Source: Candidatus Buchananbacteria bacterium
GTDB lineage: Bacteria; Patescibacteriota; Patescibacteriia; 2-01-FULL-39-33
NCBI GenBank assembly: GCA_041666945.1
Contig: JBAYFY010000001.1
Coordinates: 182,627-246,626 of the forward strand
Direction of reading: 5' to 3'
DNA: 64,000 nt
Made by a program: the position numbers and the translations under genes
Notes under the pieces: model-generated
Seen by the model: only the letters and a program-made list of their open reading frames with translations
Databases searched by the model: none
Told to the model about the DNA's origin: nothing
Shown: one piece after another, positions 27,112 to 37,785 of the stretch
How positions within the stretch are numbered: the first letter of the stretch is position 1
Layout of the letters: each line of letters begins with the position of its first letter

Positions 27112-29663
27112 AAAGCATTTTTTCCCGGTACCGATCATGGCTGATTATTGCCGCCGCTTTTTTGGCGGTGCGAATTTTGGTTTTTATCACTTTTTGGCAG
27201 GCCAGCGTAAGTCGGGGCGGTTGGCAGAATTTTTATAACCAAGCCCAGCCGGCGGTCTCCGTGTTGCTGGGTATTTTCCATGATTACTGCGATTGGCATC
27301 CGCCGCTTTATTATATGGCAACTTCCGTTTTATTGCATTGGCTGGGAGGGGAGTGGATGATTTATCTGGCGCAGGTGGCCTTAGCTTTCGTGACTTTATT
27401 CATCGGTTATAAACTGATCCGCTTGTTTTTTAGCGAAAGGATTTCTTTGTTGGTCACTTTTTTAGTCGCCATTGAACCTTATTGGGCTTGGCACAATTTT
27501 TTATTAGTCAGTGAAAATCTCGCCATCCCGCTGTTTTTGGGCGGCGTTTATTATTTTTTGAAATTTTTTCTATTTCCGGAAAATAAGCAATTAATGATTA
27601 GCGGGTTATTGCTGGGCTTGTCTACTTTGGTCAGGCAAAACACCTCGCCTTTGATGGCGATTCTGCCGGTTTTTCTCATCTTGGCCTATGTTTTTCGAAA
27701 AATATTAGCTTTAAAGGAATTGGAGCGGATTAATTGGCGCAAAATAGTTTTAGGCGCCGCCGCTTTTATTTTGGTTTTTGCCGCCGTTATCTCGCCTATT
27801 TTAATCAAGAATAAGATTGTTTATCAACGCTTGACCCTGGTTAATTTATTGGCGACGAATATTTATTTTTATAATCTGCCGGCGTTGATTTCTTATCAGA
27901 AACAAATTCCCTATGCTGATGCCTACAATCTTATCGTTAAGCAAGCTGATGACGCTTTGGGAGCGAATATTGGCAATCAAGGCGACTGCCTGTCGGTTAG
28001 TTTGCCTGAATTCAACCGTGAATTGGATTATTACAGCCAAACGGCCAAAACCTACATCTTAGGTAATTTTGCCGATTACCTCAAAGTGCATTTGATCAGA
28101 ACAGTGCCTTTCTTTTTCCAGCCCGGCTATTTTGAAATGTGGTCGGCTTACACCGGGGAATTTTCCAAACCGGATATTACCGGTTTCATTTTAAACGGCA
28201 ATTGGCAGGGGATTTTTGATTTTCTCAAGCAGATTAATCTTAAATTATTGACGTACTTTTCCGGCATCGCCCTGTGGGGCATCTGTTCCGTCGCCTTGCT
28301 TGCGGCCTTGGTTTACTCGTGTTTTAAAGATCGGGACAAACTGCTGTTTTTCGTTTTTTCGGCCATGATTATCCTTTATACCGCTTTGATGGTGTCGCCT
28401 TTTGTTTTGGCGCGTTATCGTTTGCCGGTTTATATTTTTTTCTTCTCTGCTTTAGCTTATTGCTGCGGCCTGCTTTTGGTCTTTTTGAAAAAGAATAAAC
28501 ATCAGGTGAAAAAAATTATTAAAGCTGTACCGATAATTTCTCCCTTAGCGAAATTATTTTATGATTGGCGCCGCGATAAACTGGCCGACGGCAAGATTAA
28601 AAAATTTATTGAATTGTCGGAACTGCCTTTTAAAACCGTCGCTCCGCCGATTTATGAAATCGGTTATGAGCCGACAATCAAATGCAATTTGCGTTGCAAG
28701 ATGTGCTATCAGGGCGAGAACAGGAATTTGCGCCAGCAGGAACTGTCAACCGAACAAATCCTGGAGGTTTTTAAAAAGATATCCGGTAAAACCAAAGAAA
28801 TAAAACTGGTCGGCGGCGAACCTTTCGCGCGACAGGATATTTTGGAACTGATTGCTTTTTGGGATTCTTTAGGCAAGAGAGTAATCCTCCAGACCAATTG
28901 CACGCTTATTAATGAGGATAATATTGATCGCTTGGCCGAATATAAACATTTGACCGATATTTTAACCTCATTAGACGGTCCCAAGGAATTGCATGATGCC
29001 ATTAGGGGCGTGCCAGGGACCTTTGACAGATTGGAGCGCGCTCTGGGGCTTTTACGGGTCAAGATGCCCCAGGTTCCGATTACTATTTTTGCCACCTTGC
29101 TGATTAATGACAACGTTGATAATTTTTTTGAATTAATCGATACGACCAAAAAATTAGGCATTACCACAATCAATGTTTTGTTTGAGCAGGTTTATTCAGC
29201 GGAAGAGGTCGCTCAAACCAAAAATATTTTTAATCAAGAATTCGGCTGGGAGGACGGCCGCGATTATCGTCTGAATACGCAGGTTCGGAATCCGATTTTC
29301 CCCTCCGATCTTGATGCCGGCGAATTGAAGAAAAAATTAGCTAAAATCAGATCGTATGGCCTTAAAAACGGTTGTTTCGTTAATTTTTCTCCGTTTAATT
29401 ACTACCACAATCTGCCGCAATATCTGGGTCGCCAGCCCGCCAGGCCCTTCTGTTTGAAACTGCTGCAGCCGGAATTGCGCATTAATCAGCGCGGCGAGGT
29501 TGTCTGGTGCGATATTATTGAGAAATCATTTGGCAATCTGTTGGATAAAACCCCGGATGAGATTTGGCTGTCTGATGATTATCAGAAATTCCGCCAGTAT
29601 TTGTTCAAGCATTCATTGTCCGTTTGTTCCAGATGTTGCAAGGCGGTTTATATTAATAATTAA
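27099..29663 (+). CDS. fusion: N-terminal GT-C-like (PMT/ArnT-like) polytopic membrane glycosyltransferase domain + C-terminal radical SAM domain with Cys-rich SPASM/twitch-like tail
   Basis: About 11 TMs in residues 1 to about 470, with an acidic first loop HDYCDWHPPLYY. Then YEPTIKCNLRCKMCYQ, GGEPF, and a C-terminal CxxC/CC cluster. Confidence 0.65.
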   Translation: MSTIKSIFSRYRSWLIIAAAFLAVRILVFITFWQASVSRGGWQNFYNQAQPAVSVLLGIFHDYCDWHPPLYYMATSVLLHWLGGEWMIYLAQVALAFVTLFIGYKLIRLFFSERISLLVTFLVAIEPYWAWHNFLLVSENLAIPLFLGGVYYFLKFFLFPENKQLMISGLLLGLSTLVRQNTSPLMAILPVFLILAYVFRKILALKELERINWRKIVLGAAAFILVFAAVISPILIKNKIVYQRLTLVNLLATNIYFYNLPALISYQKQIPYADAYNLIVKQADDALGANIGNQGDCLSVSLPEFNRELDYYSQTAKTYILGNFADYLKVHLIRTVPFFFQPGYFEMWSAYTGEFSKPDITGFILNGNWQGIFDFLKQINLKLLTYFSGIALWGICSVALLAALVYSCFKDRDKLLFFVFSAMIILYTALMVSPFVLARYRLPVYIFFFSALAYCCGLLLVFLKKNKHQVKKIIKAVPIISPLAKLFYDWRRDKLADGKIKKFIELSELPFKTVAPPIYEIGYEPTIKCNLRCKMCYQGENRNLRQQELSTEQILEVFKKISGKTKEIKLVGGEPFARQDILELIAFWDSLGKRVILQTNCTLINEDNIDRLAEYKHLTDILTSLDGPKELHDAIRGVPGTFDRLERALGLLRVKMPQVPITIFATLLINDNVDNFFELIDTTKKLGITTINVLFEQVYSAEEVAQTKNIFNQEFGWEDGRDYRLNTQVRNPIFPSDLDAGELKKKLAKIRSYGLKNGCFVNFSPFNYYHNLPQYLGRQPARPFCLKLLQPELRINQRGEVVWCDIIEKSFGNLLDKTPDEIWLSDDYQKFRQYLFKHSLSVCSRCCKAVYINN

Positions 29664-29676
29664 TCTTAAAGGCAAA

Positions 29677-31026
29677 ATGAAAATATTCTTATTGGTTCCC
29701 AATTTCAATCGGGAAAAAAAATCCATTATGAACGTCAGAGCCAGACAGCCGTTATCAATGGCTATAATCGCCTCCGGCTTGAGGCAATCCGGCCATGACG
29801 TTAGTTTGCTGGATGCCAATGTTTTAAATTTTTCATTAGAGCAGATTGGGCAGGCGATTAAAAATTTTAATCCCGAAATCCTGATTGTCACTTCTACGCC
29901 GATTGATCGCTGGGAATGCCCTAATTCCCATATTGAAAATGTTTTTAAGATCATCAACCAGGCGACGGCTCAATATAAAGTTTTAATCGGCAGCCATGGC
30001 ACCACTATGCCCGAGTGGGTGTTTGATAATTGCCAAACGGATTTTATCATCAGGGGCGAGCCGGAATTAGCCGTAGAAAAATTGATTGCCGCCTTATCGG
30101 CTAAGCAGTCCGCCGCAGGCGTTGCCGGCTTATCCTATCGCCAAGACGGTAAAGTTATAAATAATCCCGGTGAAAGAATCCTTGATTTGGACGCCTTGCC
30201 GCTGCCGGCTTATGATTTGTTGCCCATGGATAAGTATTCCAGCAATGATTATGAAAGGCCGTTTTCCATTATGATGACTTCGCGCGGCTGTCCTTACAAT
30301 TGCGTTTTTTGTCTCAAAGAAATGATGCCCGGCCGTTATATTGTCAGAAGCGTTGATAAAGTGATTGAGGAAATTGAATATTTGATAAAAAATTTCCAAA
30401 TCAAATCGATTTTTTTTCAGGATTGGGAATTTTTCATTGATGGCGACAGAGTAAAGAAGATTTGTTCCGCCATTGTTTCCCGGGACTTAAAATTTTCTTG
30501 GGGCGCCAATGCCCGGGCGACTGATATCATTAAAAGCAGGGAAATCATGCCATTAGTCAAACAAGCCGGCTGTGTTAACGTGAACTTGGGCATGGAATCA
30601 GCCAGTGATCGGGTTTTGACTAAAATCAATAAAAAAATAACCGCCGCTGATTTGCAATTGGCGATTGATATTTTGAAAGAAAATAATATCGCCGGAGGAT
30701 ATTGCGTTTTATTAAACGCGCCCGGGGAGAATCGGCAAACCATTAAAGAAACCATTGACTTTATTGTTAAAAATGATTTGCAAGTCAAGCAATTTTTACC
30801 TGTCATTCCTTATCCCGGAACGGTTCTTTTTGAGCAAATAAAAAAGAAATTTCCCGGAAAAAACATAAATTGGAATAACATTGAAAAATACGCGGGCTTG
30901 ATTGATACTGGATCAAAGCCGTTTTGGAGTTTTTTGTTTTTAAGAAATTATAAGCAACGCCTTAAGTATGGCCGGGGATATTGGCTGAAACCGGTTTTTT
31001 GGCGGGAAGTTATTTTTAAAGATTGA
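29677..31026 (+). CDS. B12-binding domain radical SAM protein (class B)
   Basis: LPLPAYDLLPMDKY; SRGCPYNCVFC. Start taken at the ATG at 29677 (MKIFLLV); the upstream extension in the ORF track overlaps the preceding gene. Confidence 0.85.
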   Translation: MKIFLLVPNFNREKKSIMNVRARQPLSMAIIASGLRQSGHDVSLLDANVLNFSLEQIGQAIKNFNPEILIVTSTPIDRWECPNSHIENVFKIINQATAQYKVLIGSHGTTMPEWVFDNCQTDFIIRGEPELAVEKLIAALSAKQSAAGVAGLSYRQDGKVINNPGERILDLDALPLPAYDLLPMDKYSSNDYERPFSIMMTSRGCPYNCVFCLKEMMPGRYIVRSVDKVIEEIEYLIKNFQIKSIFFQDWEFFIDGDRVKKICSAIVSRDLKFSWGANARATDIIKSREIMPLVKQAGCVNVNLGMESASDRVLTKINKKITAADLQLAIDILKENNIAGGYCVLLNAPGENRQTIKETIDFIVKNDLQVKQFLPVIPYPGTVLFEQIKKKFPGKNINWNNIEKYAGLIDTGSKPFWSFLFLRNYKQRLKYGRGYWLKPVFWREVIFKD

Positions 31027-31027
31027 T

Positions 31028-32443
31028 ATGAGAATAGCTCTAATTTTTCCTCCCTCGCTTTATCAAACCAAAGAAACTATGCCGCCGCTCGGCTTGGCGT
31101 GGTTAGCCGCGGTTTTGCGAAACAACGGTTTTGACGATATTTATATTATTGATAGCGTCATTAATCGGTATGACAATAAAAAAGTGGTGGAAATCCTGAA
31201 AGAAAAGGGCGCCGATATGATCGGGCTGTCTTTCGGCACGCAAAATCGTTTTCATGCTTTTGAATTGGCGGAATTGATTAAAAAAAGTTTTCCCGCGACA
31301 CCCATTGTGGCCGGCGGGCCTCATCCGACCCTAACTGCCGCCGATACGCTAAAGCATATTAAATCAATAGACATAATCGTCAGAGGCGAGGGGGAATTGA
31401 CTTTTTTGGAGTTGGTTAAGGCGGTTGTCGCCGGGGAAGATTTAGCCGATATCAAGGGCTTGTCTTACCGCAACAGCCAAGGAGAAATCATCCATAACGC
31501 TAACCGTCAAGCGATTGCTGACTTGGATGGCTTGCCGTTGCCGGCCAGGGATCTGCTCCCCATTGATGAATACCGACAAACAATACCGTTATCAACGAAG
31601 ATTTGCACCAGCATTATCAGCAGCCGCGGCTGCCCGTATAATTGCGTTTATTGCTCTACTGCCGAGCAATGGGGCCATAATATCAGATATCGCAGCGCCA
31701 AAAATGTGGTTGACGAAATAGAATTTTTAATGGACAAATACAAATTGGAGGGAGTGGGTTTTTTTGATGATTGTTTTACCATGAATAAGCAAAGGGTAAT
31801 TGATATTTGCCAGGAAATAATCGCCAGACAACTGAAGGTTGGTTGGTGGTGCGAAGCCCGAGCCAATAATATTGACGTTGAGTTGATTGATTGGATGAAA
31901 CGGGCCGGTTGCGAGCATATCGCCATGGCTGCGGAATCGGGCAGCGATGAAATTTTGAAAAATATAAAAAAAGCCATTACCGTCAGCCAGGTTATTGAAG
32001 CGATAAAAATAATCAAAGGGGCGGGGATAAAATTGAAAGTATTTTTCATGCACGGCTTGCCGGGGGAAACTTATAAGGATATCAAGAAAACCGTTTATTT
32101 GAGCCGATATCTGGAAAATAAACTCGGTGTTGACGAAACAACCCAAACCTTGACAATGATTTATCCCCATACTGCGATTGAGTTGGAAGCCAAAAGAATC
32201 GGCACTCTGCCGGAGGATTTTTCCTGGGCGGAATATTACGAAGAAAAGCGATCATACCCTCCCTTGATATCTTGCGCTCATGTGCCGATTTTTGAGCAAC
32301 CCGGTTTAAGTTATGAGAAAATTTTTCAATTTGCCCGGCGAGCCAAGATAGAATACTATTTATCGCATCCGTTTTTTTCAACACGAAAACTTTGGAAGAA
32401 CAGAAAGAATATCCTTAAGTGGCTTACCACTAAAACTCCCTGA
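31028..32443 (+). CDS. B12-binding domain radical SAM protein (class B)
   Basis: LPLPARDLLPIDEY; SRGCPYNCVYC; GGPHPT, GEGE. Confidence 0.85.
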   Translation: MRIALIFPPSLYQTKETMPPLGLAWLAAVLRNNGFDDIYIIDSVINRYDNKKVVEILKEKGADMIGLSFGTQNRFHAFELAELIKKSFPATPIVAGGPHPTLTAADTLKHIKSIDIIVRGEGELTFLELVKAVVAGEDLADIKGLSYRNSQGEIIHNANRQAIADLDGLPLPARDLLPIDEYRQTIPLSTKICTSIISSRGCPYNCVYCSTAEQWGHNIRYRSAKNVVDEIEFLMDKYKLEGVGFFDDCFTMNKQRVIDICQEIIARQLKVGWWCEARANNIDVELIDWMKRAGCEHIAMAAESGSDEILKNIKKAITVSQVIEAIKIIKGAGIKLKVFFMHGLPGETYKDIKKTVYLSRYLENKLGVDETTQTLTMIYPHTAIELEAKRIGTLPEDFSWAEYYEEKRSYPPLISCAHVPIFEQPGLSYEKIFQFARRAKIEYYLSHPFFSTRKLWKNRKNILKWLTTKTP

Positions 32444-32445
32444 TT

Positions 32446-33606
32446 ATGAAAATTTACTCGCTTGATTCAATTAGAAAAATATTTTTACTGCCCTTGGCTT
32501 TTTTCTTGCGTTTTTTGGGCCGGTTTTATTTTAGAAAAAAGAGGGGACGGGCGATCGTAGTTTTCTATACCGGCAAACTGGGGGATATGGTTTGTTTGAC
32601 TCCGATTTTGGAAGCCCTAAAGGATAATGATCGGGAAGCGAAATTGATTGTTTGCGCCAGGAGCAAATTTTTGGATATTTGGCGGAATAATCCTTTTATT
32701 GACGAGAAGATTGGGTTTGTTCATGAACGGGAAGCGGGCGGCGTTAAATGGCTGCTCAAACAATGGCGGTTTTTGAGTCGGTTTGAAATCGCAGCTTACT
32801 TCAATTTGGTGAATAATTTTGAAGGCGGTATTTTGGGTTTGACTTTGCCCGCCCTTAAGTCATATTTGGTCACCACGCGATTGGATGGCCGATTGTCGCG
32901 CCTGCTCTACCCATATTACTCAACCAAGGATTATAAGTTTGACCGCCCGATCAAGGAATTTTATTTTGAGTTGTTACGAGAAGCCGGTTTTAGCGTTAAA
33001 AATAAAAGCAACCGATTGTTTTTTCCTGATGTCTGCCAGGAGGCGGATGATTTTTCCCGCCTGAATTCTTTAAGCGGCAGAACGGTTGTCGGCATTGTTA
33101 TTTCATCAGGCAAGGACTACAAAGTTTGGCCTAAGGATTATTGGATAAAATTGATACAAAAAATTCATGCCGAATATCAGTCAGTTTTTTTATTATTCGG
33201 CTTACAGGAGGAAGAAGAATATTTGGAACAAATCAGGCGGGCCACCGGCGGGGAAATTCATTTGATTTTAGGCAAGAATTTAGATATCTTGCCGTACTAT
33301 TTGAAAAAATGCCATTTATTCATCAGTGTTGATACCGGCTTATTGTATATCGCTGACGCTCTGTCAGTCCCCGTAGTTGATATCCTCGGCCCTTGCGATG
33401 ATAACAATCAACGGCCGGAAAATAACTACCGTTTAGTTACCGATCGCCAGGTTTGCCGGCCGCAATGTAGAATGCTATATAATGCGGATATAAATATCGC
33501 CGAAGTAAGGGCTTGTTTTTCAGCCATAACCCCGGATCAAGTATTAAACGCTTGCCGAGAGTTATTGCCCCCGCCCCATTCCGAAGTTGCCGTTAAAAAC
33601 CATTAA
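32446..33606 (+). CDS. glycosyltransferase family 9 (heptosyltransferase-like)
   Basis: N-terminal GKLGDMVCLTPILEALK and C-terminal VDTGLLYIADALSVPVVDILGP, matching the GT9 LGD...P..L / D.G..H.A.A...P.V..FGP patterns. Confidence 0.65.
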   Translation: MKIYSLDSIRKIFLLPLAFFLRFLGRFYFRKKRGRAIVVFYTGKLGDMVCLTPILEALKDNDREAKLIVCARSKFLDIWRNNPFIDEKIGFVHEREAGGVKWLLKQWRFLSRFEIAAYFNLVNNFEGGILGLTLPALKSYLVTTRLDGRLSRLLYPYYSTKDYKFDRPIKEFYFELLREAGFSVKNKSNRLFFPDVCQEADDFSRLNSLSGRTVVGIVISSGKDYKVWPKDYWIKLIQKIHAEYQSVFLLFGLQEEEEYLEQIRRATGGEIHLILGKNLDILPYYLKKCHLFISVDTGLLYIADALSVPVVDILGPCDDNNQRPENNYRLVTDRQVCRPQCRMLYNADINIAEVRACFSAITPDQVLNACRELLPPPHSEVAVKNH

Positions 33607-33661
33607 TTATTTGATTTTTCCTTGAAAATGTGTTATAAAATATACTCTTACTGTTGTATGT

Positions 33662-35197
33662 TTGACGATATTAATCGGCAGGCAATACGCAAGTATACTT
33701 ATGAAATTTTTGTTAATCTCAATTAATCAGCAGGACGTTGAAGAGTTTAAAAAAGCTCCGACTGATATTAGCGCTTTGGGTGCCAGATATCTTTCTTCCT
33801 ACCTTAAAAGCCATGGCCGAGAAGTGGCGATTTTATTTTTATCCAAACCCCACGGAGAATTGGAAACCGCTGATGAATTGTGGCAGATCAATAACCTTGT
33901 TAAAAAATATCAGCCGGATTTAGTCGGCCTTAGTTTGATGTCAAATCATTTTTTTCGCGCCAAGAATATCACCATGGCCATCAAAAAATCTTTTCCGAGT
34001 TTGCCGATAATTTGGGGCGGAATTCATCCCACTATTGATCCGGAAAACTGCCTAAAGTACGCTGATTTGGTCTGTGTCGGGGAGGGCGAGTCGGCTCTTT
34101 TGCAATTAACTGAAAATAATAACTGGCTTGATTATCGGAGAGTTAACATTCCCGGCTTGTGGTACAGGGACGGCGATCAAATTGTCAGTGGCGGCAAATC
34201 GGTTTTAGTTGAAAATATCGACGAGTTGCCTTTTCCGGATTATGATTTTTCCGATCATTATATTATTCATCAGGGCGAATTACTGGCCATGACGGAGAGT
34301 ATTTTTCGGCAGTATTATCCGGCCGCGCGAGGCGATCATCGCTTATTATCTTCGCGCGGCTGCCCTCACGCCTGCGCTTATTGTTGTAATTCGGTTTTCC
34401 GTAACATTTATAGCGGTGTTTTTTTAAGGAAGCGTTCTGTCGATCAATTGATTGCCGAAATGAAAGCGATTAAAGAAAAATTTCCCTTTATCCATTCATT
34501 TAAAATCATGGATGACAGCTTTGCTGTCAATGACCTGAATTGGATCAATGAATTCAATCGGCTTTATAAAACAGAGATTAATTTGCCATTTTTTTGTTTG
34601 GCCAGCCCCACCACCATTGACGCCGTTAAATTGGAACTATTGGTTGATGCCGGACTGGAGACCATTCAAATAGGCCTGCAGAGCGGCAGCGACCGGGTAA
34701 ATCAAGAGGTCTACTTGAGATATGCCAAATCCGATCAGTTTTTAGCCGCTATGGCTCTCTTAGATAAATATCGCGGCAAGTTGCATGTCATCGTTGACGT
34801 CATCCTGGATAATCCCTATGAAAATGAAGCCGATTTGCTTTCAACCATCGCCGTTCTTAATCAGATTAAAAAACCTTTCCATCTCTCGTTATTCTCCCTG
34901 ACCTTCTATCCCGGTACGGAATTATACCGTCGGGCCATTGCTGACGGCCATTTGATCGACGGCCAGGAATATTTGAAGAAGCAGTTTCATTTGTTGAACA
35001 AGAATTATTTAAACAAAGTCATTTATCTTATTCCTCGGCTTCAGAAGAATCAAATTGATTATTTGGCGAAAAATCGCAATAATCCCTTTATCCGTGCGGG
35101 TGTTTCCATTTTGTATTTGTTTTTTATGAAGAAAAACAAGATTCCCCAACCCTTAATCAAGATTATGTTTTCCGTCAAAAAATTAATCAGCCATTAA
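33662..35197 (+). CDS. B12-binding domain radical SAM protein (class B)
   Basis: LPFPDYD; SSRGCPHACAYCC; GGIHPT, GEGES. The true start may instead be the ATG at 33701. Confidence 0.8.
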   Translation: MTILIGRQYASILMKFLLISINQQDVEEFKKAPTDISALGARYLSSYLKSHGREVAILFLSKPHGELETADELWQINNLVKKYQPDLVGLSLMSNHFFRAKNITMAIKKSFPSLPIIWGGIHPTIDPENCLKYADLVCVGEGESALLQLTENNNWLDYRRVNIPGLWYRDGDQIVSGGKSVLVENIDELPFPDYDFSDHYIIHQGELLAMTESIFRQYYPAARGDHRLLSSRGCPHACAYCCNSVFRNIYSGVFLRKRSVDQLIAEMKAIKEKFPFIHSFKIMDDSFAVNDLNWINEFNRLYKTEINLPFFCLASPTTIDAVKLELLVDAGLETIQIGLQSGSDRVNQEVYLRYAKSDQFLAAMALLDKYRGKLHVIVDVILDNPYENEADLLSTIAVLNQIKKPFHLSLFSLTFYPGTELYRRAIADGHLIDGQEYLKKQFHLLNKNYLNKVIYLIPRLQKNQIDYLAKNRNNPFIRAGVSILYLFFMKKNKIPQPLIKIMFSVKKLISH

Positions 35198-35209
35198 CAT
35201 TTAAAAACC

Positions 35210-36544
35210 ATGGCGGCAATAAAACAAAAAATTACCCAGGCCTGGCGGTATTTGTGGCAGTTGAATTTTTTTCGCGACCTATTGGTTTTGCAATGGGGTT
35301 CTTTTTGGGATTTGGGTTTATCACTGATCGCTTCCGTTATTTATGCCCGAGTTTTGGGCGTCGGCGCTTATGGCGACTATGCCTTGATTTTTGCTTTAGC
35401 CAGCTTCGCCGGATTATTCATGGATTGGGGCACCGGTTACGCCACTTTGACGCTTTTGGCCGAGGCCTATGCCAAAAGAAGCCGCCAGGATATCAAAGAC
35501 ATCATTACTTATTTTTTTAAATTGAATTTGATTATCGCGGTAACTTTTGGTTTGTTAGCCATTCTTTCGGCTCCGACTCTGGCGCAATATTTTTACCACA
35601 ACCGCCTGATTGGCGAATTGGCTCGGTTGATAATAGTCGGCTACATTTTCCAAATATTTTTCGGCTTATTGGTGAATTTGCTTCAAGTCATGCGGAAGAT
35701 AAAATACCTAACCATTATAGAAAATGTTAACAAATTTTTTGCCGTTTTTTTACCCGTAATTTTTGTCTTCATGGGGTTCGGCTTGGCTGGAATCGCCTGG
35801 GGTTATTTGCTGACTATCATCGGCACCATGGTTTTTTCTATTTTAGTTTATCGAAATTTTGCGCGCCGCAATGAATTGGTGCCGTCATTTCGCGAAATTT
35901 TGATTAACTTCCATCAAGTTAGAATTAAGAAATATTTTAATTTCGGTTTCGTTATGGCCGCGGATAAAAATATCTCTAATTTATTCAATATTCTGCCCTT
36001 ATTAATTCTTGGTTATCTGGCTTCTTCAGTTGAAGTGGCTAATCTGAAAATCGCCTTAGCTTATTTGGCTTTGTCTAATGTTTTTTTAACTCCGATCAGC
36101 CGTTTATTGCAGGTGCAATTGCCCAAAGCTAAAGTTGCCGGCATTAAGGATTTGAAGGTTAATTTTTATAAATCCTCGCTTTTTGCCGGATTGATTTTCT
36201 TTTTTATTGTTTTGGCTTCTTTGATTGTTGCTCCCTATGTTATTAGAATCGTTTATGGTTCGGCGTTTGATTTAAGCATTAAATTGGTTTATCCGCTGTC
36301 GTTAAGCGTTATTTTTTCCGGTTTCGCCATCGGCTTAGGAGCAGTTTATCGAACAATCAATAAAAATATCTATGCTATTGCCATAAATCTCGCCAATCTG
36401 ATTTCTGGTTTTATCTTGATGTTTTTTCTCTTGCAGTTCATTTCTCCGTTAAGCGCTATTATTATTTTAATAATTTACTGGTCGTTTTTTAGCTTAGCGG
36501 CCCATTTTTCGTATTTAAAGAGTTATTTTTTGAAACTATATTAA
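35210..36544 (+). CDS. polysaccharide biosynthesis protein / Wzx-like flippase (MOP superfamily)
   Basis: 444 aa, about 12-14 TM helices, no soluble domains. Confidence 0.65.
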   Translation: MAAIKQKITQAWRYLWQLNFFRDLLVLQWGSFWDLGLSLIASVIYARVLGVGAYGDYALIFALASFAGLFMDWGTGYATLTLLAEAYAKRSRQDIKDIITYFFKLNLIIAVTFGLLAILSAPTLAQYFYHNRLIGELARLIIVGYIFQIFFGLLVNLLQVMRKIKYLTIIENVNKFFAVFLPVIFVFMGFGLAGIAWGYLLTIIGTMVFSILVYRNFARRNELVPSFREILINFHQVRIKKYFNFGFVMAADKNISNLFNILPLLILGYLASSVEVANLKIALAYLALSNVFLTPISRLLQVQLPKAKVAGIKDLKVNFYKSSLFAGLIFFFIVLASLIVAPYVIRIVYGSAFDLSIKLVYPLSLSVIFSGFAIGLGAVYRTINKNIYAIAINLANLISGFILMFFLLQFISPLSAIIILIIYWSFFSLAAHFSYLKSYFLKLY

Positions 36545-36547
36545 GTT

Positions 36548-37777
36548 ATGAAAATATTATTCGTTTCCGATGATTTCCCGCCGGTAACTCATACGGGGCC
36601 GTCCATCGTGACTTATAATTTAGCCCAAGGCCTGATTAAATTGGGCCATAGTATTTTCGTCATCGCCAGCGTTCAAGATAAACAACGGGCCGGAATGGAG
36701 ATTTACGACGGCATAGAAGTCCATCGGATTTATGCTTGCTATCCGGATCGTTGGAATAGTTATGTGAGTTTGTTCAATCCCCAGGTCGTTTTCAAATTTA
36801 AGAAGATAATCAAGAAAATCAAGCCGGATATTTGCCATTTTCATAATGTCCATGGCCATATATCGTACCATACTTTTTCTCTCGGCCGGCGATATTCCCG
36901 AGCGGTTTTTTTGACGGCGCACGATACGATGCTTTTTAATTACGGCAAACTTAATTTAAAAAACGGCACCTGCCGTTATAAAGTGAGTTTTGTGGATAAT
37001 TTAAGAAACGCTAAAAAAAGATACAATCCCTTGCGTAATATTTTAATTAAGCATTATCTCAAATATATAGACAAAATTTTTTGCATTACTAATGCGCAAA
37101 AAGAACTTTTGGCTTTAAACGGTATTACTAACACAGCCACGATCCATAATGCCATTGCCAGCGATTATTGGCAAAATAATAATTCGGAGATTGAGGCGTT
37201 TAAGGAAAAATTCAAATTGGCCGGTAAAAAGGTGGTTATGTTTGGCGGACGATTGAGCGAGGCCAAGGGCGGCGGCGCCATTATTGAGGCCATGACTCGG
37301 GTGGTGAAGGAAGTGGATAATGCAGTATTAGTGGTAGTCGGAGAGATGACCGGTTATGCCAAGGATTTAATTAATAAAATTAATAATACCCGACTTGCCG
37401 ACAAGGTTTTATTTACCGGCTGGCTAAGTCGTCAAGAAATAGGGTTGGCTTTTTTTTCGGCTGACGTTTGCGTCACGCCGTCAATTTATTTCGATCCGTT
37501 TAATCTGTTTAATATCGAAGCCATGTCAGCCGGCAAACCGGTGGTCGGGACTTGTTTTGGCGGGACCCCGGAGATTGTAGTTGACGGCGTAACCGGCTAT
37601 ATAGTTAACCCGCTTAAAACCGAAGAATTCGCCGATAGAATCGTGGACTTATTGAAGCAGCCGGATCTGGCCGAGAAATTCGGGCGGGCTGGCCGCCAAA
37701 GAGTGCTAAAAGATTTTTCCCTTAATGAACAGATGACCGAAACTCTTGGCTGGTATAATAAGTTTATAGATAAATAA
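36548..37777 (+). CDS. glycosyltransferase family 4
   Basis: MKILFVSDDFPP; EAMSAGKPVVGTCFGGTPEIVVDGVTG. Confidence 0.85.
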   Translation: MKILFVSDDFPPVTHTGPSIVTYNLAQGLIKLGHSIFVIASVQDKQRAGMEIYDGIEVHRIYACYPDRWNSYVSLFNPQVVFKFKKIIKKIKPDICHFHNVHGHISYHTFSLGRRYSRAVFLTAHDTMLFNYGKLNLKNGTCRYKVSFVDNLRNAKKRYNPLRNILIKHYLKYIDKIFCITNAQKELLALNGITNTATIHNAIASDYWQNNNSEIEAFKEKFKLAGKKVVMFGGRLSEAKGGGAIIEAMTRVVKEVDNAVLVVVGEMTGYAKDLINKINNTRLADKVLFTGWLSRQEIGLAFFSADVCVTPSIYFDPFNLFNIEAMSAGKPVVGTCFGGTPEIVVDGVTGYIVNPLKTEEFADRIVDLLKQPDLAEKFGRAGRQRVLKDFSLNEQMTETLGWYNKFIDK

Positions 37778-37785
37778 TTATTACT

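Noticed and set aside
29500-29676. 59-aa N-terminal extension of the radical SAM ORF at 29677
   Set aside because: It overlaps the 3' end of the upstream fusion gene in another frame, and the B12-domain N-terminus begins at MKIFLLV.
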